From the IMG/VR virus record IMGVR_UViG_3300017752_000078: a stretch of DNA of 32,183 nucleotides; one strand, 5' to 3'. Shown one piece after another: positions 5,598 to 14,285 of the stretch. Made by a program: the position numbers and the translations under genes. A model generated the notes under the pieces. It was given only the letters and a program-made list of their open reading frames with translations, searched no databases and was not told the DNA's origin. Numbering within the stretch: the first letter of the stretch is position 1; every line of letters begins with the position of its first letter. This DNA comes from a virus.

Positions 5598-6048
5598 TGA
5601 TTTTTTTCTCCCAAACAAAGTCAATCTGGTTGTAGTCTTGACCGTGTAGTATGTTTAATTTTGTGTCGTTGTCGCACAGTAGACTTTGGTCTGTGGTCTG
5701 TATCTTCTCACAGTGGTTTGCCTGTGCCACTGCCTGTGCGTCTCTGAATAACGACGCATATATCTCCTTGGTCCTGTGATTAGGTGTCAGGTGTATCAAT
5801 GTGAACAGTCCCTGTGTCCTGTGGTTCCAAGGCAGGTTGTGTAGTTGTAGGATGTAGAAACCCACCATCGCATCATTGTCATAGATGCACCTGACCACGT
5901 TGCTGTTTAAAGACACCAATCGTTTCATATGCACGTTCCAATTCTGTTTGTCAAATTCTGTGTCAACGAAACCTCTTTCAAACACCGCCTTGTAAGCCAA
6001 TTCGTTGAAGTCGTTGAAATCTTTTATGTGAAAGTCTCTGATCTGCAT
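5590..6048 (-). CDS. GNAT-fold acyltransferase-like protein (divergent)
   Basis: The secondary-structure pattern is typical of GNAT: MQIRDFHIKDF...; DNDAMVGFYIL; LFTLIHLTPNHRTKEIYASLFRDAQAVAQANHCEKIQ; LNILHGQDY. The pyrophosphate-binding motif is degenerate. The ATG at 6048 overlaps the upstream stop (TAATG). Confidence 0.55.
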   Translation of the reverse strand: MQIRDFHIKDFNDFNELAYKAVFERGFVDTEFDKQNWNVHMKRLVSLNSNVVRCIYDNDAMVGFYILQLHNLPWNHRTQGLFTLIHLTPNHRTKEIYASLFRDAQAVAQANHCEKIQTTDQSLLCDNDTKLNILHGQDYNQIDFVWEKKING

Positions 6049-6629
6049 TATTTCCTGCCCCATTTTATGTCTTTCACTATCTCTGCTGAGAAGTTCATAC
6101 CAAGGTCGCCACTAAACACGCTCTGTTGGCTGGCATCGTTGGTCCTCCTGCCACTCTTCCTCTCAAAGTCTGCGAACAGACTGGCCACCGTCATCGTCAC
6201 TGTGGCTGTTGAATCCGTTTCCTTGATGCTGTAATTCATAATCCTGCCATCAAACACAGTGAACACGTCATCTGATGTGAAACTGTAATCGCTGTCAAGG
6301 ATCGCCCTGTAGATGACCACACGTTTGTTCATATAGTTGTTGTTCAACAACAGTGCCACTGTGGTGGTGTCAACAGCGGTGAATGTTAGATCAACCTGTC
6401 CAACTCTCAGGTCTGAACTCTCCGTGATGTTGCTGAAGTACAGGAATTGACCCTGTGCCAGGTATGTGTTTGCACCTGAGTCAGGTGCTGTGTTGCTGTC
6501 AAAGTCTATGTCTATGTTTGAACTTGTGAAATACAGGCTACTTGAAAGATGTAGTTCTATGAGATCTACACCAAATACGGATCTGGCCGCTAATTTAGTT
6601 TCTAAAGAAGATGCTAACTGCCTTGCCAT
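6048..6629 (-). CDS. Tail hub / lambda gpL- or GTA g13-like minor tail protein (tentative)
   Basis: 193-aa ORF, called from its position between the Dit-like and J-like genes. It is beta-rich, and its start uses TAATG coupling. Confidence 0.5.
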   Translation of the reverse strand: MARQLASSLETKLAARSVFGVDLIELHLSSSLYFTSSNIDIDFDSNTAPDSGANTYLAQGQFLYFSNITESSDLRVGQVDLTFTAVDTTTVALLLNNNYMNKRVVIYRAILDSDYSFTSDDVFTVFDGRIMNYSIKETDSTATVTMTVASLFADFERKSGRRTNDASQQSVFSGDLGMNFSAEIVKDIKWGRK

Positions 6630-7216
6630 TAGATCTCCTCATTGACTTTTATCTGATATTGGAACTTGCCATCAGTGCTTGATTTGTACTGGATGTTGTC
6701 GCCTGTTAGGTACACCTTGAATGGTACGTTGTCATAGATGACGGTTGTGGAATTTGTAATGCCTGTCACCAAGGGTGGATAGAAACTGATGGCGTCATTG
6801 GTTCCTGATATCGTCACATCTGCCGTGACCATATACACCTTTGTGTGATTTGAGAATTTGATGAGATCACCTTTCTTGAGTGTGCCTGAACCACCGTCCG
6901 TCTGACACGCACCCTGTCCCGCGGCCACTGTGGCATCGTTTGTGAGTGTGCCACTTGCTGTGCCCCTCGCATCCGTGACCACTGGTGGTACGATTGTGAA
7001 TGTGTCCGCCTGGCCATTCTGTGTGACCAAGAACGCATAATCACTCATCACGTCCGCCCTGTCCTTCTTTGGTGATTTGAGACTGAAACTCCAATACTGT
7101 GATCCAGTCTGGAGTCTCTGTGTCTTGCCAGATACGCTCACTGATGTCCTGGTGTTGGTGTTGCTTGTGAAATCTAAAGTTTGGAAACCTGCTGTTGATG
7201 GAAATGTACCTGACAT
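6629..7216 (-). CDS. Distal tail protein (Dit)-like minor tail protein
   Basis: 195-aa ORF immediately after the tape measure, with TAATG coupling. The call rests on position and a beta-sandwich-like composition. Confidence 0.55.
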   Translation of the reverse strand: MSGTFPSTAGFQTLDFTSNTNTRTSVSVSGKTQRLQTGSQYWSFSLKSPKKDRADVMSDYAFLVTQNGQADTFTIVPPVVTDARGTASGTLTNDATVAAGQGACQTDGGSGTLKKGDLIKFSNHTKVYMVTADVTISGTNDAISFYPPLVTGITNSTTVIYDNVPFKVYLTGDNIQYKSSTDGKFQYQIKVNEEI

Positions 7217-9237
7217 TATGCTGTTAAACTCCTTCTGCCTCGTTCAGCAAGACCTCTGTTGATCAATCCTATGATCAGGTCTTGTCTTGTAGTTAGTAGT
7301 GTGTCAAAGTCCGTGGCATCAATCGTGCTGATGTTGAAAGACACGTTGGTTGTTCCTGTGCCTGCCTCGTCCATTGGTGTGACGTTGGCTGGTCCTGACA
7401 CCAACTCTGGTCCCTGCTCTCCAACCACGCCAAACTGGCCTGACTGGATCCTACCACCGTCTGCGAAGAAACCTCCAAAGATGCTACCAACTATTGAACC
7501 TACTGGTCCAAACATACTGCCAGCGGCCTGCATAATGGCTTGATTCCTCAATGACTTGCTGAGTGCGTCTGCCTCACGTCTTGCATTTTTTATTTTCTCA
7601 GCCATCACGTCAAAAACGAAGATCTGTAATCCCAGTTGTACGACACCTGATATCAGTTGCCTTAGGACATTCTGTGCGAGATCACTCAATGACTCCTTGA
7701 AACTCTTGGCTCCCATTATGGCGTCTGCGAATGCGTCACCAATGCCCTGTTTCAGTGATCCAAAAACCTGTTTGGTAAGTCCAACCGCGAGGTCTATGGC
7801 TGAAAATTTCTCTTGTGCTGTTTCAAAGGTCTTGCCCAGGGCCTCCTTGTAGTCATCAACCGCTTTGGTCTGTTTCTTGGTCGTGTCCACATCTTTTTCT
7901 GCAGATGCGATTTTGTCATCAATGTTCTTCTTGGTCTTCTTCTGTAATGCTTCTTCTTCCCTCAATGATTTTAGGAATTCAAGTATGGCTGTGGTGTTCT
8001 CTCCGTAGGCATTCGCGTTCTCGCCCACTGTCTCTATCATCTGGTCTATTGATTGGACAGTCTTGCTTGACTCGTTGCCAACCCCTTTGAATTTTTTCCT
8101 CAATGCGTCCGCTTCCTTCTTCATTGATATCGCATTCTTCCGCATATTCTTTGCGGCGGTTTTCATTCCCAATGCGTCATAGAACTTGGCCACCTTTTCC
8201 TTGCCCTTGGCTATGAAATCAATCAGTCCAGCGAAAATGCCCACTATCTTGTCAGACACACCCGCGATCACGGCTACGATCAATTTGCCCTTTATACCCA
8301 GTGCGAGGAAACCAACCACACCCAAGGCCTTGATGTATCCTGGCAGTGAGTTGGTTGCGTTGACTATGTTGTTGAATGCACGTTGGAAGAAATCAATAAC
8401 TGGTTTAATTGCGTCAATGGCCATAGCACCACCAATCAGTGTCTTCTCAAACCCAGTCACGATGGCCTGTCCAAATCCCTGTGCGGCCTTCTCTATGTTG
8501 TCAAAATTATTTGTTATCGCTTTGTCAAAAACACCAACGATCGCCTTCAACCTATCAAATGGTCCTGCGTCTGATATTATCTTCTTGATGTTGAAGAACT
8601 TATCCTGTACCATTGATTGAAGTCCATCAAAGTTGTTGGCCAATGCCACGGCCGCCCCAGCGAACTCACCTCCTGGTCCAAAGACCCTGTCAAATGCTTC
8701 TGCTGTCTCTTTGGTGGTGACCTTGACACCATCCTTGAATCCAAGTAGTGCCTTGATACCTCTTTCCCTCAACAGGTCCGCGGCAGATATACCACCTGAT
8801 AAGGCCCTCTGGATCTGTTCTCCAGCAAGTCTGAAATCAAGACCTGATATGGCGGCCACGTTGGCCGTCAGTTGTAAATTTTTTCCTAATTCTTCTGCGT
8901 CTTTTGATACCACGGCCAAGTTACCTGATGCGGCCGCTATCTCTTCAAGTGTGAATGGTACGGTTCCAGCGAACTTGCTCAACGTCTCAAATGCCTTGGC
9001 ACCTTCTTCCGCTGATCCAAACAAGAACTTGAACCTGGTCTGTAGGTTCTCTACCTGTCGTCCAACGTTGATGACGCTCTGGCCAAACTTGCCAATTCCT
9101 ATACCAACCAATGCTCCTGCCGCCAACCTGGCCGCAGTTCCCAGGCCGCCAAGGCTCCCCCTCATCCTGTCAAGGTTTCTGTTTGCCTTCTCTACCTGTC
9201 TACTGTCCGCTTTTAGGACAATGTTTGCATCTGCCAT
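7216..9237 (-). CDS. Tape measure protein
   Basis: 673 aa, Ala/Gly/Lys-rich and helical, with hydrophobic central segments. The C-terminal motif GGRIQSGQFGVVGEQGPELV is typical of TMPs. It follows the chaperone genes. Confidence 0.9.
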   Translation of the reverse strand: MADANIVLKADSRQVEKANRNLDRMRGSLGGLGTAARLAAGALVGIGIGKFGQSVINVGRQVENLQTRFKFLFGSAEEGAKAFETLSKFAGTVPFTLEEIAAASGNLAVVSKDAEELGKNLQLTANVAAISGLDFRLAGEQIQRALSGGISAADLLRERGIKALLGFKDGVKVTTKETAEAFDRVFGPGGEFAGAAVALANNFDGLQSMVQDKFFNIKKIISDAGPFDRLKAIVGVFDKAITNNFDNIEKAAQGFGQAIVTGFEKTLIGGAMAIDAIKPVIDFFQRAFNNIVNATNSLPGYIKALGVVGFLALGIKGKLIVAVIAGVSDKIVGIFAGLIDFIAKGKEKVAKFYDALGMKTAAKNMRKNAISMKKEADALRKKFKGVGNESSKTVQSIDQMIETVGENANAYGENTTAILEFLKSLREEEALQKKTKKNIDDKIASAEKDVDTTKKQTKAVDDYKEALGKTFETAQEKFSAIDLAVGLTKQVFGSLKQGIGDAFADAIMGAKSFKESLSDLAQNVLRQLISGVVQLGLQIFVFDVMAEKIKNARREADALSKSLRNQAIMQAAGSMFGPVGSIVGSIFGGFFADGGRIQSGQFGVVGEQGPELVSGPANVTPMDEAGTGTTNVSFNISTIDATDFDTLLTTRQDLIIGLINRGLAERGRRSLTA

Positions 9238-9359
9238 TACTTTCGTTTCCTTTTCATTTCACGCATAGTTTTTTTATTACCATCCGCTTCAAGTTGAAGG
9301 TATCCTGCCCACAGTTCAAGTTCAACGGTAGTGAACTCCATTACTTGTGACAGGCCCAT
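9237..9359 (-). CDS. Short basic ORF in the -1 frame of the chaperone gene; a possible gpT-like frameshift extension
   Basis: 40-codon ORF ending in TAATG with the TMP start. Its frame stays open back to 9421, inside the 3' end of 9392..9757. Confidence 0.35.
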   Translation of the reverse strand: MGLSQVMEFTTVELELWAGYLQLEADGNKKTMREMKRKRK

Positions 9360-9391
9360 CTTTAGCCTGTCCGCCAACACCAAAAGGAGTC

Positions 9392-9757
9392 TTAACTCTG
9401 GGTTGGAATGGATTCCTTTGCCGCATCAACAGGTGTCATAGTCCTTGGACCAGCACTGTTGATCTGACCTACCACTCTTGTGACCACTGCAGGGTCAGCC
9501 TCGTGCATCAATGTTATCCTGTCCGCGTCTTGGAAGATTCTCTTGCCTTCCGCGTCCCTGGCCTTGATGATGAGACTTTCAACGAGACTATCAACTATCT
9601 TGCCTTCAGCCTGTAGTTGTATGATCCGTTGTTCATCTTTGAACGAATATGTCTTTCTACAATAGATCTCCATATCCCATTCTTCAACTTTTATTTTTTG
9701 CATCGCACCATCAATCGCTGAATTGAAGTGTGATTTTATTTTTTCTGTCGCTGACAT
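9392..9757 (-). CDS. Tail assembly chaperone (gpG-like)
   Basis: 121-aa acidic protein directly upstream of the TMP. The call is positional. Confidence 0.6.
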   Translation of the reverse strand: MSATEKIKSHFNSAIDGAMQKIKVEEWDMEIYCRKTYSFKDEQRIIQLQAEGKIVDSLVESLIIKARDAEGKRIFQDADRITLMHEADPAVVTRVVGQINSAGPRTMTPVDAAKESIPTQS

Positions 9758-10062
9758 TATCTTTTTCTCCTATATTTGTTAGCAACCTCCCTAACGGCTG
9801 GTCGTGTCATACCCTTAGGTGATTGGTTTGAATATCCATCGTCAAGCCTGCCAATGTAGGGAACGTTGTTTCTGATGGTGAATTTCATCCTACCATCACG
9901 TTTCCTCCATCCTGCTCTTGCACGACCAGAACGAACTGGTGTGAGTCTCTTCAAAGAATTGAAAAGATCGTTGGATATTGAGCGTACCTGCTTGGCCAAA
10001 TCCCTTTTAAGACCAGCGATAACTCCTTCTGCTTGGGGTGATATTGTTATTGAAATCTTCAC
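9757..10062 (-). CDS. HK97 gp10-like neck / tail-completion family protein
   Basis: Carries the motif TPVRSGRARAGW...NNVPYIGRLDDGYSNQSPKGM. It has a GTG start after the tube gene's TAATAA and no SD. Confidence 0.55.
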   Translation of the reverse strand: MKISITISPQAEGVIAGLKRDLAKQVRSISNDLFNSLKRLTPVRSGRARAGWRKRDGRMKFTIRNNVPYIGRLDDGYSNQSPKGMTRPAVREVANKYRRKR

Positions 10063-10065
10063 TTA

Positions 10066-10482
10066 TTACGAAGTTGCTGATTTCGTTAACGCAGTCGTTC
10101 CCTGAAAAGTGATAGAGGCCTCCGTCATCCCGTCAAAATTTGACGTGATTGAGTGCCCTGTCACTATTATGTTTCCTGCCAGTTTCTGACCTGTGCTTTC
10201 GCCTGAAGGGAAAACTTCAAGAGTCACTGGATCTGCACCCATTGTCTCTAACGTAGTCTGTCCCGCGTCATTGTCTGTAAGGAAAACATCTGCCGTACCT
10301 GAGAATTGTGTTAGACTTGGCAAGTATGATCTTGCTGTGTCGCCCATCACTGTAGATTCCACAGTGGCAGTTTCTTGGTCAATAGTGAAAGATCTAACTT
10401 CCGCTACCGCCACTTGGCTTCCACCTGAAGTCACTTTGATAACTCCTGCTTGGCCATCAAATGTAGTTGAACCGTATGCCAT
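10066..10482 (-). CDS. Major tail (tube) protein, TP901-1 / GTA g9-like
   Basis: 138 aa with a strong SD (AGAGGAGTAATCAAATG). The sequence pattern ...VRSFTIDQETATVESTVMGD...FSGTADVF... is typical of small siphovirus tube proteins. Confidence 0.8.
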   Translation of the reverse strand: MAYGSTTFDGQAGVIKVTSGGSQVAVAEVRSFTIDQETATVESTVMGDTARSYLPSLTQFSGTADVFLTDNDAGQTTLETMGADPVTLEVFPSGESTGQKLAGNIIVTGHSITSNFDGMTEASITFQGTTALTKSATS

Positions 10483-10486
10483 TTGA

Positions 10487-10681
10487 TTACTCCTCTGTTG
10501 TTAGATCTTTTGGACCGTCAAGATCTTTTTTAGTTTCAACCACCGCGTCAGCCTTTATCTTGTCTTTGCTTCCTTTGGTGATTTTTGTTGACGGAGTAAA
10601 GGTCCATCCGTCCTTCAGTCGTTGTTGGACTTGTTTGCCACCAACGGTTTCTGAATCTTTTCCTTTGAACATCTCAATCAT
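10487..10681 (-). CDS. Small Lys-rich hypothetical virion-module protein
   Basis: I prefer the ATG at 10681 (SD AAGGAG, TAATG coupling) over the ORF-track start at 10732. Confidence 0.55.
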   Translation of the reverse strand: MIEMFKGKDSETVGGKQVQQRLKDGWTFTPSTKITKGSKDKIKADAVVETKKDLDGPKDLTTEE

Positions 10682-11118
10682 TATAAGACTCCTTTTTTGT
10701 ATGTGTATTTGACATCCACAGTGATCACACATTCTCCAAGTGGTAGTTCTCTGTCAACCACATCTATGTTTCTTACCTGTGTCTTTACATTGTGAATATT
10801 TGCCACTGCCAGTGTGATGTCTCTGTCCCTTGACAGTTCAAGGGTCTCTTCAACCCTTTCAATTATTTCGTTCCTCAACGTGTCAACTTCCGTGCCCCTG
10901 ACATAGCATCTAAGTTCGTACTGTATCACGCCCTGTCTGGCATTCATTGATATGTCGTCCCTGACCTCGTTGTTGGTCACAACCAGTATCGCTGGGAACT
11001 GTGTGATCGCCAGTTTGCTGACATCAAAGAAAACTCTTGAGACCAGACCTGGTGCTGGATCATTCATATTCTCCAACTGTTCTACTATGTTTTTTGCTAT
11101 ATCTTCTCTTGCTGACAT
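10681..11118 (-). CDS. Head-tail joining / tail terminator-like protein
   Basis: 145 aa. The call rests on position and overall pattern (DUF3168-like from memory). Confidence 0.5.
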   Translation of the reverse strand: MSAREDIAKNIVEQLENMNDPAPGLVSRVFFDVSKLAITQFPAILVVTNNEVRDDISMNARQGVIQYELRCYVRGTEVDTLRNEIIERVEETLELSRDRDITLAVANIHNVKTQVRNIDVVDRELPLGECVITVDVKYTYKKGVL

Positions 11119-11567
11119 TATCTAATCAATCTACCTTTATAAAATGATTGTTTCTCACCGTCCGTGTATGTGCCTGATGAATCAAGGTCATAGTGGACGC
11201 CATCTTTCAATATTAGATCAAATTCCTCTTCAAACTTCGCCTTGTAAAAACCCATCTGTTCCCTGAATGAATCTCCATCAGGTTCAAATGTTGAAAGTTT
11301 AGGATAGATGTAATAGGCAAGAGTGTGATAGACCGCGGCCCTCGTGAACTGGCTTGAATTCAATCTGCTTGGTGATAGTTTCTCGCTACCTCCAATGACT
11401 GAAATATCATATCTTGTGTATCCAGTTGTAGGCCACCATTTTATATTCAGTAGTCTGATTATGTCGTCGTAAGTCTTCTCGTGCTGTGCTGACCAGTCTT
11501 GTATTCCATATTTCTTGATGTCTGGAACGTACTCTAACAGGTCCGTATCTGTCGCAAATTGTGCCAT
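11118..11567 (-). CDS. Head-tail connector / adaptor (gp6-like)
   Basis: 149 aa. The N-terminus MAQFATDTDLLEYV is typical of head-tail adaptors, and the gene follows the capsid module. Confidence 0.55.
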   Translation of the reverse strand: MAQFATDTDLLEYVPDIKKYGIQDWSAQHEKTYDDIIRLLNIKWWPTTGYTRYDISVIGGSEKLSPSRLNSSQFTRAAVYHTLAYYIYPKLSTFEPDGDSFREQMGFYKAKFEEEFDLILKDGVHYDLDSSGTYTDGEKQSFYKGRLIR

Positions 11568-11613
11568 TTGTAAAAGTCCTTCTTTTAGTTTCTACAAGGT
11601 CCTACCTTGTGTA

Positions 11614-12105
11614 TCAGTATTTATTGCGGAACTCCGCAGATGAGATTATCTCAACAGGCACATCAACCTTATCATCATTAACCACTACTATTTCGTTGTC
11701 CTGTGCCAATTGTTTCAAGAACTTCTTCTGTTGATTGTTGTACTTGCGTTGTTCTCCCTTGCCGTAATCAAAAACTGTTTTAAGATTAATCCCCCAATCA
11801 CAACCTATGATGTATATGGGCTTCTTAGACAGTTTTGTCGCCAGCAGAACCGCAAGGCATCCGCTGTTGAGTCCTTGTATGTTGTCATCTCCAATGCGAT
11901 TCCATTCGCCAGCGGTGGCGTAGTGAGGCCGTGTGTAGTACACCACGTTGTCTTCTTTTTGTATCTTGTTGATCACATCTGGATCATAGGCCACTACGAA
12001 ATCAACAGGTCTAACACGCCTGATGTAATTGCAACCAATCTCAAGGCCTCGCTTGGGCAGGTCCAAGAATTGTCGCTGACTGTGTCCGTTGAACCAAACA
12101 ATCAT
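11614..12105 (-). CDS. GT42 / DUF115 (Maf, MptE)-like small Rossmann-type protein; possible glycosyltransferase
   Basis: Signatures: MIVWFNGHS (GNGPS-like), EIGCN (RCN-like), and NSGCLAVLLATKLSKKPIYIIGCDW (compare TSG..M.AVA.ALGY.EIYL.G.D of CstII/Maf-type enzymes, from memory). No SD. It lies just downstream of the capsid terminator. Confidence 0.5.
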   Translation of the reverse strand: MIVWFNGHSQRQFLDLPKRGLEIGCNYIRRVRPVDFVVAYDPDVINKIQKEDNVVYYTRPHYATAGEWNRIGDDNIQGLNSGCLAVLLATKLSKKPIYIIGCDWGINLKTVFDYGKGEQRKYNNQQKKFLKQLAQDNEIVVVNDDKVDVPVEIISSAEFRNKY

Positions 12106-12111
12106 AGTCGT

Positions 12112-12142
12112 AAAAAAAAGGGGCCAATGTTGCCACGGCCCC
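12112..12142 (-). terminator. Rho-independent terminator after the major capsid gene
   Basis: The minus strand reads GGGGCC-GTGGCAACATT-GGCCCC followed by T8. Confidence 0.85.
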
Positions 12143-12169
12143 TTTTAGAGATTAGTGAGGTATCAACTA

Positions 12170-13018
12170 TTAAAGTTGATTGTCTCCTAATATTTTAACA
12201 CCATAAGAGTCGTGTAGTTCTTTAACACCGTAAACAGTTGATGCTACCACTTCTTCCGCTCTTAATGATTCGTCCCTTTGTGTAGCGATTCTGATATTTT
12301 CGCCAACAGCAAGACCTAAAGCATCTCTTGAGAATACTGCGTTAGTCACTGAAGTCGCTGAATCTTCAACCACGTTAGATGATTCAAAGATATCAATACC
12401 AGCAATTCTACCCACATAACCTTCTCTCATCGCTTCGTTCTGTAAGATACCCGCGTTTGGATTAGTGAATGTGTTTGTTAATGTTTTCTTAACATTGTAG
12501 ATCGCTTTTGGATGGAACACACCGTAGTATGGTCCTGGAACGGCATTTGATTTCAAAGTTGAATATGCTTTGAAAAGTAATTCAACAGTGATCTCGTCTT
12601 GGGCCGCACCCAAAGAGTTTGAAAAACCACTGAACAAACCAGTTAAGGCTTGGTCGTGTCTTTTCGCGATTGCTTCTCCAAAGATTCTACCAAGATCTGA
12701 AACAACATTACCTGTTGAGTAGTTTCTTGCCATATCTGTTAAGACAGTCATCGCACCTGCTTCCACAAGTGTGATATCTGCTTTGCTTGGAGTGATTGCG
12801 ACATCAGTTGAAGTACCTGCTAAATCAGTTCCTTCAGCCACGTTTGCCGCAGAAGCAGTGCTGTATAGAGGAACCTGTAAAATTTTGCCTGCGTTTGCTG
12901 GAACTGTGAAAGTTCTAACAAGACCTGGCATAATTGCAGTTTCACTCGCAACGAACATCGCTTCTTGTACGATTGGCGCTATTTTGTTCGCCAATGTTGT
13001 TAGTGTAGTTTGAGCCAT
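12170..13018 (-). CDS. Major capsid protein (HK97-fold type)
   Basis: 282 aa with a strong SD (AAGGAGAGCAAAAAATG). It directly follows the scaffold gene and is followed by a strong terminator. Composition and length fit small HK97-fold capsid proteins. Confidence 0.85.
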   Translation of the reverse strand: MAQTTLTTLANKIAPIVQEAMFVASETAIMPGLVRTFTVPANAGKILQVPLYSTASAANVAEGTDLAGTSTDVAITPSKADITLVEAGAMTVLTDMARNYSTGNVVSDLGRIFGEAIAKRHDQALTGLFSGFSNSLGAAQDEITVELLFKAYSTLKSNAVPGPYYGVFHPKAIYNVKKTLTNTFTNPNAGILQNEAMREGYVGRIAGIDIFESSNVVEDSATSVTNAVFSRDALGLAVGENIRIATQRDESLRAEEVVASTVYGVKELHDSYGVKILGDNQL

Positions 13019-13046
13019 TTTTTGCTCTCCTTATTATTGTTAATGT

Positions 13047-13748
13047 TTAATAGCCTTGTGTCTTTCGCCACTCAGCATATTTCTTTCTGTGTTCTGGATT
13101 GTTCATATCCAGACTCTCAACATCAACTTGAGGAACACCTTCTGTGCCAGTGTTTGATTTAGATCCACCACCTGGTTGTCCCGCTTGAACAAAGTGTGGA
13201 TTGGTGTTTAGGAATTCTGAAACCAACCCATCTATGTTAAGAGGATCACCATTGTCAGTGTATCTTGTTTGCCCTGTCTTGGGATCAACCACTTCAACCT
13301 CTCCTGCTTCTGACATCTTGATGTTTTCCCTAACCAGTCTCGCGACCTGTTCTGGATTCACCGCTTTCTTGGTTGATGCGGCATTTATAAGTGCACCATC
13401 CACCTTGATCTTTGTCAGTTCAGAAGTTAGTGTTGAAATCTTGTTGTTGAACTTGTCTGCGTTCTCCTTTAACAGTTTCTCAAACTCTGACTTCTCGTTG
13501 GCCTGGGAGATCTTTTGTTGTTCTTCCTGTGCCAAAAAGTTCTGGTATTTCTCAACGTCCACTTGACCAAACTTCTTCTCATACTTGGCTTCTGCTTTTC
13601 TTCTTACTTCAGCCGCCACAGCATCAATGTCTGCTTGAGTGTAGACTTTCGCGGGTTGATTGTCCGCTGTGTCCTGGATCGTGTTAGAGACTGTTTCAGT
13701 TGCCCCAGTGGCAGTTTGAACGTCTGGCGATGTTGATTCTTGACTCAT
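13047..13748 (-). CDS. Scaffolding protein
   Basis: 233 aa, acidic and coiled-coil-rich (EKLLKENADKFNNKISTLTSELTKIKVD), immediately upstream of the capsid gene. Confidence 0.7.
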   Translation of the reverse strand: MSQESTSPDVQTATGATETVSNTIQDTADNQPAKVYTQADIDAVAAEVRRKAEAKYEKKFGQVDVEKYQNFLAQEEQQKISQANEKSEFEKLLKENADKFNNKISTLTSELTKIKVDGALINAASTKKAVNPEQVARLVRENIKMSEAGEVEVVDPKTGQTRYTDNGDPLNIDGLVSEFLNTNPHFVQAGQPGGGSKSNTGTEGVPQVDVESLDMNNPEHRKKYAEWRKTQGY

Positions 13749-13800
13749 CGTAGTCCTCCTATTGTTATGCGTGGCAGGATTACCACTATGTGTTTATTTA

Positions 13801-14265
13801 TTAGTAAAACTGCTCAAACGAGTCTATGTCCCACTTCTCGTAGTATCCAGACTGTTTAAGTTTTTGTTGTGCTTGTTTCAGTTTTGCCATTCCCTGTATC
13901 ATTACCAATGGTGCTTTGCCATAACTGAATGATACACCCTTATGTAGTCCATCGTTGTCTGGGTGGTCATACATTATGGCGTAGTTGGGATTGTGTTGGT
14001 GTGCCTTCTTGCAAAGGTTGGATAGTTTTCGTTCTGTTATCTCGTCAGTGAAATAAAGGATGACAATGTCCAGATGCAGAATATCAAAAAGGTCACAACA
14101 ATGATCAATCTGAGATAGCACATCTTCTTTCGCCATTGAGATCTGTATCTTTCTATCTTCAAGTGTTCTTTTCGCAAAAGGACAGATTGTCGCTCCACTC
14201 GCCTTATGAGTTTTAGCAACAACCTGTCTGATCCATTTCTCAATGTCCTTACCTACGTCTGCCAC
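13801..14265 (-). CDS. Hypothetical protein (contains ICPFAK and HCC motifs)
   Basis: 154-aa ORF with a GTG start and a weak SD. Confidence 0.55.
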   Translation of the reverse strand: MADVGKDIEKWIRQVVAKTHKASGATICPFAKRTLEDRKIQISMAKEDVLSQIDHCCDLFDILHLDIVILYFTDEITERKLSNLCKKAHQHNPNYAIMYDHPDNDGLHKGVSFSYGKAPLVMIQGMAKLKQAQQKLKQSGYYEKWDIDSFEQFY

Positions 14266-14285
14266 TGGGTTTTCTTCTGCCAGAC

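Noticed and set aside
5925-5952. Additional TTGACA-like matches inside coding regions, such as 5947..5952 with CATATG at -10, about 24643, about 29510 and about 30990
   Set aside because: Their -10 elements are poor, lacking the conserved final T or TA, and they have no extended -10. They lie inside ORFs and do not share the paralogous spacer or leader sequence of the nine cassettes.
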